Both the position numbers and the translations under genes were made by a program. Shown one piece after another: positions 10,991 through 23,749 of a stretch of 64,000 nucleotides of DNA. The notes under the pieces were generated by a model, which saw only the letters and a program-made list of their open reading frames with translations, was not told the DNA's origin and did no database searches. Position 1 is the stretch's first letter, and each line of letters starts with the position of its first letter. The stretch spans positions 189,530,985 through 189,594,984 of the forward strand of contig NC_068981.1 in the NCBI RefSeq assembly GCF_001194135.2, given 5' to 3'. Source of the stretch: Octopus bimaculoides. Taxonomy: Eukaryota.

Positions 10991-12149
10991 GAATGGTGTT
11001 TGGTCAGCGATTAATCATGGCGTATACTTTTCTACTCAAGGCAGAAGGCCCGAAATTTTTGGGGAGGGGTGGGGGTTAGTCGATTAGATCGACCCTAGTA
11101 CGAAACTGGTACTTAATTTATCAACTCCGAAAGGATGAAAGGCAAAGTCGACCTTGGCCGAATTTATATTCAGAACGTAAAGACGGACGAAATACCGCTA
11201 AGCATTTCGCCATATATATATATATATATATCGTAATCCATTCTTTGAAAATAGAGACAAAAACCTTTCAACGTCAACAAAATTACCATTTCTCTTTACG
11301 GTTCCAACTGAAATAGATGTTAAATTTCGATACTTAGTCACTCTAACTCCAATATAAAAAACTATATATGTTACCTGAATGACATTGCATTTTTTCTAAC
11401 TCTCATTGCGTTCCGTGTTTCGTAAATATTCCAAGCAAAATCTTCGTTTTATTTCTCTACAACTTTGCATGTTGAATGTAACCTTGTTTCTGAATTTATA
11501 AGTTTTATGAACTACATAATGTTGGCAGCTAGACTACTCTGCGCATATCAAATACGGACATTTCTTTTTACTTCTTGATCATTTTATGTCTCTACAACAA
11601 ACTCTCTTAGTCTTGGCTAATTTCATTTTCGATATTTGTTTTTATTTAAAACTACTTTTCTATATTTCAAGTTGATTTTTCGCTCAACGTTTGGATTAAA
11701 TCAGATAATCTGCATTCAAAATGTTTCAAGGGTATTTGGAGAACACTTTTGTAATAGCTTCTGGGAAGGATATGAAAAAAGAAGGAAAGAGCGAGAAGCA
11801 GACCTGGACAGACACAAACCTGAATCGTTCAGCTATAAACGTGTTCTTTATCTATTCCTTTATCGATTTTATTTATTTTTTCTATCTCTCATCTTTTTCT
11901 CTTTCCACTTGTCATTGGATTCTGTTGAAGAAGAATTTATCCTTTTAGTCGAGTAATGAAATCAAAACGTCTAGCTAATCAGATAGAACTGAAATAAAAT
12001 GATATTTCAAAGAGAAGGAAAGGGATCAGAGCCTAAAGAAGAGAATATTGTTAATCTTGTTTTCTTGATAAAACACATCTGGCACACTATCTGATAATAC
12101 TAATAATGATAATAAATATATCCAAGTCATGAGACTGTAGAGAAAATAT

Positions 12150-12483
12150 AGGCACAGGTGTGGCTGTGTTATCAGAAGTTTGGTTCCCAACCACATAGTT
12201 TCGAGTTCAGTCTCACAGCGTAGCACCATGGTCAAGTGTCTTCTACTATAGCCTCGGGACGACCAAAGGTTTGTGAGATTTGGCTGACGGCGAAGCCTGT
12301 CCTATATGTGTGTGTGTGTGTGTGTGCTTCTTTCAGTTTCCGTCTACCAAATCCACTCACAAGGCTTTGGAAGACCCGAAGCTATTGTAGAAGACACTTC
12401 CCCAAGATGCCACGCAGATGGACTGAACTCGGAACCATGTGGTTGGGGTACAAGCTACTTACCACACAGCCACTCCTGCACCT
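12150..12483. mobile_element. Two SINE heads in opposite orientation flanking a (TG)n tract
   Basis: 12150-12296 (+) and 12326-12483 (-) both match the 4976-type head. Confidence 0.75.
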
Positions 12484-14408
12484 ATAATCACATGTAATTA
12501 AATAGAAAAGTTATTTATTGATTTTCTCTTGATTATAATGATGACATTTATTAAATAGATATTACTTTAAAACTTTAGATTTGCTCTGTAATCAAACTTA
12601 GAATTATTTTCGCTACACTATTTCAGATATGTAGGATATTAAAGAAGATATTATCAAGAGTTTGGAAATTGTCTTCTAAGTTACTAAAAAGAAATATTTA
12701 ATTTCCTTTCAGATTCCCAATTGGTTTCATACAGCATTTTGTTTTCTAGTTGTTAACCATTGGTATTGGTGAGATGATAAACAGTTATCTACAAAAGACT
12801 GGAAGCTATAGACTAAATATTACATTACACTTAGACACATCAAACTTTTTTAAGAACAAAAAAAGCAGACTACAGATTAGTGATTATTAAGTTCTACCTA
12901 CAACTAAAATGGTGCCAAATTACAGCTGATAAAAAAGGGTAATTAAAAACAGGCAATTAAAACAGAGGCACTAAAAAATGTATTTTAGAGTAGCTTCACC
13001 TACATACGTTTAAACCGCAATTTTAGTAATTATAATAACAACTTCAAGCACGTCATCAGAGACGAATTGTTCTCAATAAATAAGAAGCAGCTGAAAATAG
13101 CTTATCCGATGATTAGTTGCTAGCTTAAATTAGTTTTACATTATTAAAGTATCTGCGACAAATGAGCATCTTGTGTGGAAGTGGTGAGGACTGTTGCGAT
13201 CTCAGTCACTGAAACGGGGTTAAGAGCCTTCGGGATCATGACGTGGTTAAGTCTAAACACATAAATAAGTATTAAGGCAAAGGCGCTGGGTTGGCTTTCT
13301 TGTTTAGAAGTTCATTTCACAACAATAGGCACGGGAGTGGCCGTCTGGTTAGACGTTTACTTCTTAGTCACATGGTTCCGAGTGAGTGCCTTTGATAGAC
13401 AGGAACCGAAAGAAGCCCGTGATCAATAGCGTAGCAGGGGCGTCACTTTTGGGTCTTCTGTAGGCAATATGTGTGTGTGTGTGTGTGTGTGTGTGAGTGT
13501 GTGTGTGTGTGTGAGTGTGTGTGTGTGTGTGTGCAAGTGCGTGTGGAAAATAAAACAAAATATGGGAGAGTTTTTATAAGATATTTAGGTTACGTCATCT
13601 TACGTACGTTTCTTTATCATAAGGTCACATAATATGAATTGCATTATGCAACTATTAACTTTACTGTTATTCTGTTATTTCTATCAATTGATGGCAGCAA
13701 GCAACCAGAATCATAGAGCATTGGACAAAATGCTTTGCAGTATATCTTCCAGCTCTTCACATTCTGAGTTCAGTTCGAACCCTGTCCAGATTAACTTCTT
13801 TCCTCTCTCTGAAGTTGATTAAAGTACCTTGAGATTGTTGGCTTTGTGCTTCTGCTAGAAATCATTATTCCGTATATACGCACACACACACACACNNNNN
13901 NNNNNNNNNNNNNNNNNNNNNNNNNNNNNNNNNNNNNNNNNNNNNNNNNNNNNNNNNNNNNNNNNNNNNNNNNNNNNNNNNNNNNNNNNNNNNNNNNNNN
14001 NNNNNNNNNNNNNNNNNNNNNNNNNNNNNNNNNNNNNNNNNNNNNNNNNNNNNNNNNNNNNNNNNNNNNNNNNNNNNNNNNNNNNNNNNNNNNNNNNNNN
14101 NNNNNNNNNNNNNNNNNNNNNNNNNNNNNNNNNNNNNNNNNNNNNNNNNNNNNNNNNNNNNNNNNNNNNNNNNNNNNNNNNNNNNNNNNNNNNNNNNNNN
14201 NNNNNNNNNNNNNNNNNNNNNNNNNNNNNNNNNNNNNTAGATCGCTGACCACTACACACATTTTTTTTCTCTCCTTGTTTCTTTCTGTGGAAGAGCGTAG
14301 GCTCGAAACGTTAAAGACTTGTTCAATTCCCGAGCGTTATACTAATACATCTATTTGATTTCTACACCACCTGTCTTCGTCTGTTGTTTTTTTTTTGTGA
14401 ATTCTCTT

Positions 14409-15138
14409 TCTATATATATATTATATAATATATATTTGTGAAAAGGGCAGACGTGTTAGTAAACGTGGTCGGTTTGAGCTGAAAATTTGCACGCCTATAG
14501 GCAACGTGCTGGCGAGTATGCATGCCAAATTTCAGTTTGTTCTATTGAAAGGCGTGGCCTCTAGGGCAAAATCCCCCGTCTTTAAACGGACTTTGACAAG
14601 TGTTTGTCGTTTCTCTCTTTCGGCTATCACCCTTTCTTCTTCGATCTCCTTCTTCCCTCTACTTTCTCTCTATAACGACGTTCGACAGCTTCCACTCTCT
14701 CTCTCTCTCTTTCCCTCTCCCTCTTCGCCCTTTGTCTGTCGCTCTTTCACCCCCGTCCCTCTCTCTCTCTCTCTGTACGTCTGTCTGTATCTCTAGAGAG
14801 AAAGCGTTGACAGCCGCAAGTTTTCCTCCATGTGGCAATTATCGTCCTAGAAATAACTGCCAAATCCAGTGTATTAAAACATACATATGTACATACATAC
14901 GTACATAAAACCATACATACATATATAATTACATGCATACAAAGACGAAACTGTTGACCGCCTGTGTTTAACGGAGAGGAATAAAGTAGTAAATAATTAT
15001 ATTGCGTCGAAAATGCGCTTCACTCTGTTAAAGTTTAAATATTCCCGCCACAGGGCTTTTAGAACGGTGAATTATTATCGCCCACGCACAATCATGATAA
15101 CATATTATTAATCAAATATATTTGTGTTAATTTATATA
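14409..15138 (+). mobile_element. Non-autonomous Helitron-like element, long form (3' end not seen)
   Basis: Starts TC-TATATA..TTTGTGAAAAGGGCAGACG; collinear with 16977-17570 over ~550 bp including the internal (CT)n. Confidence 0.7.
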
Positions 15139-16019
15139 TATATTTGCTGCAAATCCCTTATTTTGGTCCAGAAAAAGGGGGGTGGGTGCGAGGGGGAACT
15201 TATCTCCTCCCCCTCCCATCCCGGAATCATTGGAATTTTTTTTCTTTTTGTCGTTGAATGAATTCCTATGACCTCCTAATATGTTGCAAAACTCTTTTTG
15301 GGGTCCGAAAAACGGGGTGGGGTGAGGTGGAAACCTCAGAAATTTTCACCCACTCCCATTGATCTTTTCACCCGCACGAAAAAAAGGGAGGGGACCGTCC
15401 CCCTTTTTTTCCGAACCAAAATAAGGAATTTGCAGCATATTAGGAGATCAGGGTACTTGATTCCACGCCAAAATATCTGATTTTTNNNNNNNNNNNNNNN
15501 NNNNNNNNNNNNNNNNNNNNNNNNNNNNNNNNNNNNNNNNNNNNNNNNNNNNNNNNNNNNNNNNNNNNNNNNNNNNNNNNNNNNNNNNNNNNNNNNNNNN
15601 NNNNNNNNNNNNNNNNNNNNNNNNNNNNNNNNNNNNNNNNNNNNNNNNNNNNNNNNNNNNNNNNNNNNNNNNNNNNNNNNNNNNNNNNNNNNNNNNNNNN
15701 NNNNNNNNNNNNNNNNNNNNNNNNNNNNNNNNNNNNNNNNNNNNNNNNNNNNNNNNNNNNNNNNNNNNNNNNNNNNNNNNNNNNNNNNNNNNNNNNNNNN
15801 NNNNNNNNNNNNNNNNNNNNNNNNNNNNNNNNNNNNNNNNNNNNNNNNNNNNNNNNNNNNNNNNNNNNNNNNNNNNNNNNNNNNNNNNNNNNNNNNNNNN
15901 NNNNNNNNNNNNNNNNNNNNNNNNNNNNNNNNNNNNNNNNNNNNNNNNNNNNNNNNNNNNNNNNNNNNNNNNNNNNNNNNNNNNNNNNNNNNNNNNNNNN
16001 NNNNNNNNNNNNNNNNNNN

Positions 16020-16630
16020 GGACGTTTTGAGTGTTTATTGAGCGAAAACACTTAAAGCTCCACGAGGCTCCGGCAGGGGATAGTGGCGAACCCTGCTGTA
16101 CTCTTTCACCACAAATTTCTCTCACTCTTACTTCCTGTTTCTGTTGTGCCTGTGATTCAAAGGGTCAGCCTTGTCACACTGTGTCACGCCGAATATCTCC
16201 GAGAACTACGTTAAGGGTACACGTGTCTGTGGAGTGCTCAGCCATTTGCACGTTAATTTCACGAGCAGGTTGTTCCGTTGATCGGATCAACTGGAACTCT
16301 CGACGTCGTAAGCGACGGAGTGCCAACAGGGGTTGCCCGTACACAATCCTTAGACACCATAGCCTTGTGAGTGTATTTCGTACACGGAAACTGAAAGACA
16401 ACTGTCATATATATGTGTATATTTGTTTGTGTATGTGTGTGTGTGTGTGTGTGTGTGTACCCACCATTGCTTGACAACCGGTGTTGCTGTGTTTACGTTC
16501 CCATAACTTAGCGGTTTGGCAAAAGACACTGATAGAATAAGTACTAGGCTTACATAGAATAAATCCTACGGTCGATTTCTTCGCCCAACGGCGGTGCTCC
16601 AGCCTCGCCGTAGCCACATGACTGAAACAA
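16020..16630 (+). mobile_element. Two adjacent SINEs (GGAGGCGCA family 16020-16328; composite family ~16345-16630)
   Basis: Match to copies at 10430 and 4976 respectively. Confidence 0.8.
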
Positions 16631-16644
16631 TAAAAAATTATGCC

Positions 16645-17570
16645 ATTTTAATCCCGAGCAAGGCCAGGTATCTCTGTAAGTCTACTATATATTTGTGAAA
16701 AGGCGGACGTTGTCTCACAAGCAATTGTGTAGGCAAAAGTGTTACTAAATGTGATCGGATTCACCTGAAAATTTGCGCACCTATGTTAAAAGAGTTTGCG
16801 AGTTTGCATGGCAAATTCGAATTTGCTCAATTGAAAGGCGCGTGGTCTATGGGGCAAAATTTCTCATTTAAAAATGTGACCCGCGTAGACCCGAATGAAA
16901 TCAAGTTACTATACCGAAACTAGTAAAACAATAATGAACTATTTTAATCCCGAGCAAGGCCGGGTATATCTGCTAGTCTATTCTATATTTGTGAAAATGG
17001 CTGACGTTGTCTCATGTGGTCGGATTGAGCTGAAAGTTTGCACGCCTGTGGAGAACCTGCTGGTGAGTATGCATCGCAAATTTCAGTTTGCTCCATTGAA
17101 AGGCGTGGCCGCTAGGGCAAAATTCATTGTCTTTAAACGGACTTTGACAAGTGTTAGTCGTTTCTCTATTTCGGCGATTACCTTTTTCTCCCTGGATCTC
17201 TCTCTTTCCTCCCTTCCCTCCGTTTCTCTCTATAACGGCGTTCTATAGCTTCCACTCTCTCTTTCCCTCTTTTTCTTCGCCGTCTTTCTGTCGTTCTTTC
17301 TTTTCCCGCCTCTCTCTCTCTCTCTCTCTCTCTCTGTACGTCTGTCTGTATCTATAGGGAGAAAACGTTGACAGCCGCAAGTGTGTTGTTTAATGGAGAG
17401 GAATGAAATAGTAAATAACTATATTGCGTCGAAAATACGCTTCACAATCTCGAAATTTAAATATTTCCGCCACGGGGCTTTTAGAACGGTGAATTATTAT
17501 CGCCCACCACCACCGCACAATCATGATAACAGATATTATTAATCAGATGTTTATAGTGTCAATTTATATA
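16645..17570 (+). mobile_element. Head-to-tail array of Helitron-like copies (3' end only to 16680; complete short copy 16681-16976; long copy from 16977)
   Basis: 3' hairpin CCCGAGCAAGGCCGGG followed by TATATCTG-CTAG (CTAG at 16973-16976), immediately followed by TC of the next copy; degenerate equivalent junction at 16680/16681. Confidence 0.75.
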
Positions 17571-17630
17571 TCTATATATATCTATATATGTGTGTGTGTG
17601 TGTGTGTGTGTATAAATATACATATATAAT

Positions 17631-17673
<43 letters not shown>

Positions 17674-17728
17674 CGTAATGAGATAACAAACCAAGGCTGT
17701 GTATAATATAGAACAGTTATAAATAGAA

Positions 17729-17778
17729 TGTCTTACAGCTGTTTCCAGGATATTTATTATATCCCTTCATCGGAGACA
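17729..17778 (-). ncRNA. Type I hammerhead-ribozyme-like motif (Penelope-type, CCGAUGA core)
   Basis: Minus: TGTCT CCGATGA A-GGGATAT-aataa-ATATCCT-G GAAAC AGCT GTA AGACA, giving stem I 5 bp, stem II ~7 bp, palindromic stem III and a GUA cleavage triplet. Confidence 0.65.
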
Positions 17779-18007
17779 GTGTGAGAGGAGGATTAAGCAA
17801 TAGTTAGTTTAGTTAAGATAGGAAATAGAGAGTGAATGTAGGGATAATGTATTTGTACATCTAATGTTTAGGCAGAATGGTATACATATAAGATTCCAGT
17901 ACCTTGTGAGAAAGATCCAATTGTTTTTAAGATTGGTCGATGCCTTTGTAAAACCATTGATTGGTCGATGCCTTTGTAATATATATATATATATACATTT
18001 TTTAAAT

Positions 18008-18500
18008 ATCTAGTTTCAGCTCACGAACTGTGGCCATGCTGGGGCACCACCATTTGGCGTTGCTACATAATTTTACTTCACGAATGCTTTTTAAGAATTG
18101 ACATTTGGTGCCTGAGGGAGTTTGATGATGCTGCCCTCATCTGCAACTCCTGCCGCGAAGTTGGTTAATCTGGGACACTTGACAGTAAGAGGTCCAGCTT
18201 TATTTTGAATACACCTACATTCACCCCATGCAGGTCTCTCAGGTCCTTCGAGAGGATACTGAAGAGCTGTGGACCTCTGAAGCTCAGACTATTGATTGGG
18301 CTATGTTGTCCTACATCTTGATGGCAAATTTGGAGTCCTTGACACTATGCAGTGGCGCCTAGTTGTAGTATTTGTGTAACACTCGATGCCAAAGTTTAGG
18401 ACAAGTCCTTCCAAGATCCTCCAGATGTATATTATGGCATATCTTTCTCGCCTACGCTCTGAGGAATAGAGTCTTAATCTCTTGAGTCTTTCCCAGTAGC
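18008..18500 (-). mobile_element. CR1-like LINE 3' end with tail
   Basis: YWERLKRLRLYSSERRRERYAIIYIWRILEGLVLNFGI..NSLSFRGPQLFSILSKDLRDLHGVNVGVFKIKLDLLLSSVPD; tail GGTGGTGCCCCAGCATGGCCACAG..CTGAAAC. Confidence 0.85.
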
Positions 18501-18574
18501 TTATATATATATATATATGTAATGCATATGTATATATATATATATATATAAAGTGCGCATATAATGTGTACATA

Positions 18575-18730
18575 TGTGGTCGGATTAAGCTGAAAATTTG
18601 CATACCTATGTTAAAAGTACTGGGGAGTTTGCATGGCAGATTTGAGTTTGCTCAATTGAAACGCGTGACCTCTAGGGCAAAAAGCCTCATCTTTAAAATG
18701 TGGCCCGAGTAGACCCGAATGAAATCGGGA
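18575..18730 (+). mobile_element. Fragment of the short Helitron-like form
   Basis: GCTGAAAATTTGCATACCTATG..GACCCGAATGAAATC matches 16755-16905. Confidence 0.7.
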
Positions 18731-19204
18731 TACACGTATATATAGGTATGTATTATGTAATATGTATGTATATGTTTGTGTGTCTGTGTTTGTACCCCAC
18801 CATCGCTTAACATCCTATGTTGGTGTGCTTACGTCCCTGTAACATAGCGGTTCGGCATAAGAGGCCTATAGAATAAGTACTAAGTTTACAAAGAATAAGT
18901 CCTGGGGTTGATTTGTTCGAGTCTAAAGGCGGTGCTCCAGCCTGGCCGCAATCAGATAATTGACACAAATAAAAGAATAAAAGAATACATGTAAAAAACC
19001 AAATTACCTCAATGGAAAAGAAACTGACAATTTGGAAAGTTCATCTTGAATTATATAAACTGTCAACCGTTCAGCCAACGCCAACATGGAAAACAAGCGT
19101 TAATGACAATGGTGATATCCTCAACGGCCTTTAAGAAATTTTGATGGAGATATTTACGAAAATATAAACTAAAATTAAATGAAACAGCTGCTTTAGTATT
19201 CTGA

Positions 19205-19421
19205 GTACTCTCTTTACTCTTTTACTTGTTTCAGTCATTTGACTGCGGCCATGCTGGAGCACCGCCTTTAGTCGAGCAAATCGACTGCAGGACTTATTCT
19301 TTGTAAGCCTAGTAATTATTCTATCGGACTCTTTTGCCGAACCGCTAAGTTACTGGGACGTAAACACACCAGCATCGGTTGTCAAGCGATGATGGGGGCG
19401 GGGACAAACACAGACACACAA

Positions 19422-19460
<39 letters not shown>

Positions 19461-19628
19461 CATATGCATATATACGACGGGCTTCGTTCAGTTTCCGTCT
19501 ACCAAATCCACTTACAAGGCTTTGGTCGGCCCGAGGCTATAGTAGAAGACACTTGCCCAAGGTGGTACGCAGTGGGACTGAACCCGGAACCATGTGGCTG
19601 GTAAGCAAGCTACTTACCACACAGCCAT
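19205..19628 (-). mobile_element. Full composite SINE (CpG-intact copy)
   Basis: Head, (TA/CA)n, body and tail all present; a 3' body-only copy lies at ~18780-18985 (+). Confidence 0.85.
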
Positions 19629-21046
19629 GGAAAAATGAAAATGGTAATTATGAAGACGAGGCTACCTTATACTGTTACGAAGACGGTAACGACGGTGATG
19701 ATGATCGTCAAGGTGACGATGTTGATGATGATATTGATGGAAACAATGATGCATTTGATGGGGATTGTCATAACGAGTCGTCTTTTTTGTTTTTGTTTAG
19801 TACAGTATCCGCTGTAGCAATCACATGTTGAACCTGCATCGACAAAATTTAGATAAAACAAGTAAAAAATATTATCTTTCCTCAAGAATTAAACATGACA
19901 GTCATTAGGTATTTTTTGTTTTATAATGATAATAACATAATATGGTGTTTCCCTGTAGCAATTCCAGAAAAAGAAAAAAAACCAAAACAAATGAAACGAA
20001 ATAATTTTCAATGATCATTTATCATCGAGGGGGGGGGGTCTATTTTTTTCTTTCGTTTTGTTTTGTTACGAGACAGCTAGAAGACCATCAATTAAGATAC
20101 GATGGTTTCGAAATAGAGTATGGATCAGATGACTGCAAAAACATTTCGGCTTATTTATGAAGACGATAAGGAAGATCACATTGATGAGAGGAAATAATCA
20201 AGCTAGAGAATAGTCGAGATGACATGTTCGGCTCCGATGAGAGTGGTGATGATTACGATAAGCAAACGTAGCATCACAATGATACTTGCAGTGGAGAAAG
20301 ATTAATACCTACGTCTACTTGTGTTGCAACTGCCGTTAAGACAACTAGTAACATAAGTTGAATATTTTCAAACAAATCATGTACAAATCGTGGAAAGATC
20401 CGCTAAAGAATTATTGTGGGAAACAAAGAGAAAAATCTCCAAGATGCAGTACAGAGTAGTGTTCAAACAATTATACACTTTATCCATGCCGCAATGTATT
20501 GTTCTTGGACATCTGCAACTGTACTACACAATGTGCGTTTTTCATATCTATGTACCAATTATCCCAACCAATTTGGTGCACCTAATTATTTCCCTGTTGG
20601 CATCGACCTCACGTCAAACTCATAGCAATACCATTTAAATTGCCGATATTTTAATTCATCCTTGTCATGAATGTTATTTTGGTCAATAAAATTCTAACAA
20701 TCTCTAAAAGTACGTAAAAATCTATTTTCTCGTTTCCCCTCTCACGCGTCTACATTTATTCAACATAGGCGTCCCTCGAGCCCTTTTGTGTCAGGTGATA
20801 GTTTGCTCGCATTTCATTCTCTCTTAAGAGGAGATAACTTCTACCTCTACGGAGCCGCAATAAAATTTCAGCTGTAAATACGTATAAGTACAACTTGACT
20901 TCTTTTTCGTAAGATGGCTATTTATCAATTTTCCTACCTATCATTTTGCAATGCAAATTCATATATATATATATATATATATATGTAAATAGAAATATTA
21001 ATATTTCTAAGTCTCTTTAAAGGAAACTACGGCAGTGGTACTGGAT

Positions 21047-21144
21047 ATTAATAGTTATCGCCAAGTCACCATGGCAATCCCCAAAATAGGCAGCATTCGT
21101 CCTATTTTTTGGACTGCCATGTTGGCTTAGCGATAACAATTAAT
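21047..21144. repeat. Short palindrome, 44-bp arms and 10-nt loop
   Basis: ATTAATAGTTATCGCCAAGTCACCATGGCAATCCCCAAAATAGG versus its reverse complement at 21101-21144, ~37/44 matches, TA-flanked. Confidence 0.85.
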
Positions 21145-23749
21145 ATATATATATATATATCCATAACATTTCTAAGACAAGAATATTTAACTTCTTTTAA
21201 AGTAAGCATAGTAAAAAGGAAATCTCGAATTCCTGCATCCGTTCATTTTCACCTCATCGCCGATTTTCAGTTCATTAAATTTCACACTCTTGATATTTGA
21301 TCGACAATCATTGAAACAAATTATAAAGAACCTTCTTGCGCAGAGTTCAGAATAGAAGCCATCTTCCTGGTAACAACCTTTCCCCCTTCCTTTATGTCTC
21401 TTACATACACGAGAAATATATTCCAAGAGTAATTCCAAGACTAGCTTTTGGCGTTCCTTCCTTTACATCAACGTTGTTTGTGAGCATAACATCCAACTGG
21501 GTTGATGTTCCGCAAAATAAGACCAATACGTTCGTCATATGTCTGATCAACAATACATTAATGTACGGCTACGCTACACAATAATATGCAATCAGTTCTG
21601 ACAATTATTGTTAAATGAAACGAATGACGTGTTTGTTTTTACCTGCTTCTCTCATTCTCCTCCCCCAACGAAAACTACTTTAACGTGACACATAATAATG
21701 ACGTTTATCCTGGGCATTAAAATGGCTTTAAGACAAACATATTCTCGTTTCCAGTTTAATAAAACATTATTTCCATATTTTTACATTTGATGTTCCTAGG
21801 TATTGAAAATCGACAAATGCAACAAGTCGTAGAAAATGACATCAAAAGTGTTAAAGAGATTTTCAAAAAAAAAAACAAAAAAAATCCGGTCTCTTTCTGT
21901 GTATTGAAAATGTGTGAGGGGTAAATATGTACTTTAATGTGTCTCATATTCACAATGCAATCATTTGAAATAGCTGTTAGCTGTGTTGTTTCGTTATTGT
22001 CACATTCAAGTCAGATAAAGCAAACACGAAATAAACGTTCATCCATTGAAATCTCTTTGTAGTCAACAATAGATAATAACATTGGGTATTGACCTTCACT
22101 GTTTCCAAATGTTCCGTTTTCAAGCCACTTATATCATTTATATCAGCATAGAATGAATGGGAACATTTCAAAATTACTCTTGCCATTATCTATTTAACTG
22201 AATAAAGTTCAACTTCAATAGCTTTTCTTTTAAAACAAGAATATCTCGTCTTCACACTGTTTACACAGGTAATATATATTTGCAAATATTTTTGCTTTTA
22301 TTGTGTTGGTGGTCGGTCTTTGTTGCCTTTGGGTGAGATTCATGTGCTGCCTGGGGTGATACAAAGCACATTAATTCTGTGTGATTCGTTAATGATATGT
22401 CATAAAAGTTTATGGGTTCAAGCTATTCTTCAATTAATCTGTAGTGAGACCCGGGCTAAACTTTGAAAACTAACCCCCAAATTTCACCATGAAACCATGA
22501 ACTTATGTAATTCGACAAAGGGTGAAGTGTCGCCATAGAAAAAGTATTAACGCCGACGTGAATATGACTCGACCAGTCAGCACTGGTTGACTTATTATGG
22601 TGGAGGCGGCAATCTTCAAAGGAAGTGTGCGAGTTTTCCTGCCAAGCAGTTTGGCTGAATTCCCAAGAACTTTTGAGCCGACAGTAATAAACAGTTATAA
22701 TAAGGTAATGTTTTCTCAGGATTATGCAGGTTGTGTTGCTTTTCTCCTGTATGTTAGTCTCTCTACTTCTGTCATCCAGTCTCCTGACTAGTTTAACATC
22801 AGGCCAGAGAGACACTTGGCATCTAAGGCCAAGTTTGTTTGTTTCAGTAAGTTCTCTTTCCCCTTCTTTAATTTTTCTTGCGTAATCTGCTTCTTTTGTA
22901 TTCACACTCAGCTGGTAAAAATGAGTAGTAATTGTAATTCAAAGGGCCAGTCTTGTCATATTCTGTGTCAAGCTGAAAATCCCTGAGAACTACATTAAGT
23001 GTACATGTGTCCGTGGAGTGCTCAGCCACTTGCACGTTAGTTTCACGAGCAGGCTGGTCCGTTGATCAGATCAACAAAAATAACCGTCGCCAAACTGACA
23101 GAGCGCCGGTTTATATATTGTTTGTACAGCAGTGAGTTTCCTTTTTTGTGTATTGGCTAAATGTAATATTGTAAAAAGTTTCTTATTTCTTTATTGCCCA
23201 CAAGGGCATAAACGTAGGGGAGACAGACAAAGGTATTAAGTCGATTACATCGACCCCAATGCGTAACTGATACTTAATTTATCGAGCCCGAAAGGATGAA
23301 AGGCAAAGTCGACATCGGCGGAATTTGAACTCAGAACGTAACGGCAGACGAAATACCGCTAAGCGTTTCGCCCGGCGTGCTAACGTTTCTGCCAACTCGC
23401 CGCCTTATTGTAAAATGTTTCTGCGTCATTTTGCTTTTCCCCCCAGTGTTCTATGAGAACTGTGAATGCTACGGTTTACATTAGGCAATTCTTGAGTTAA
23501 AACAATGAAAGTAAATTTGATTGGAAGTGATGACAGTGACATTCCATACTTTCATAAAAGAAACTGGTGAAATCCCGTAATTCTGTTTTCAAAAGCCCCA
23601 TTCATTATATCGCATCCATAGGCACACACTTATATAGTAACTTTTAAAAATGTTTTAAGTATATTAGAAACAACGGCTGAGATACAACACAGTTACATAC
23701 AAGCAATGCAGTATTCCTGTATAACTACCGAGCTCTACAGAAGCAAGCT

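Noticed and set aside
14284-14320. Hammerhead-like TGAAGAG-cgtagg-CTCGAAAC motif (also 10923-10958, 40269-40302)
   Set aside because: Stem II cannot form without using core bases, and no convincing stem I or III exists; two copies also lack the C3 position.
20140-20560. Acidic stretch plus a Cys-rich frame resembling an internally deleted piggyBac
   Set aside because: Similarity is weak and no TTAA-flanked TIRs were found.
21187-21560. Possible LINE RT motifs on the minus strand (FLVYVRDI)
   Set aside because: Motif order is inconsistent and there is no YADD-like site.
22456-22905. 149-aa minus-strand ORF with a GTG start
   Set aside because: No recognisable domain or splice context; faint resemblance to a LINE endonuclease is not enough to call.
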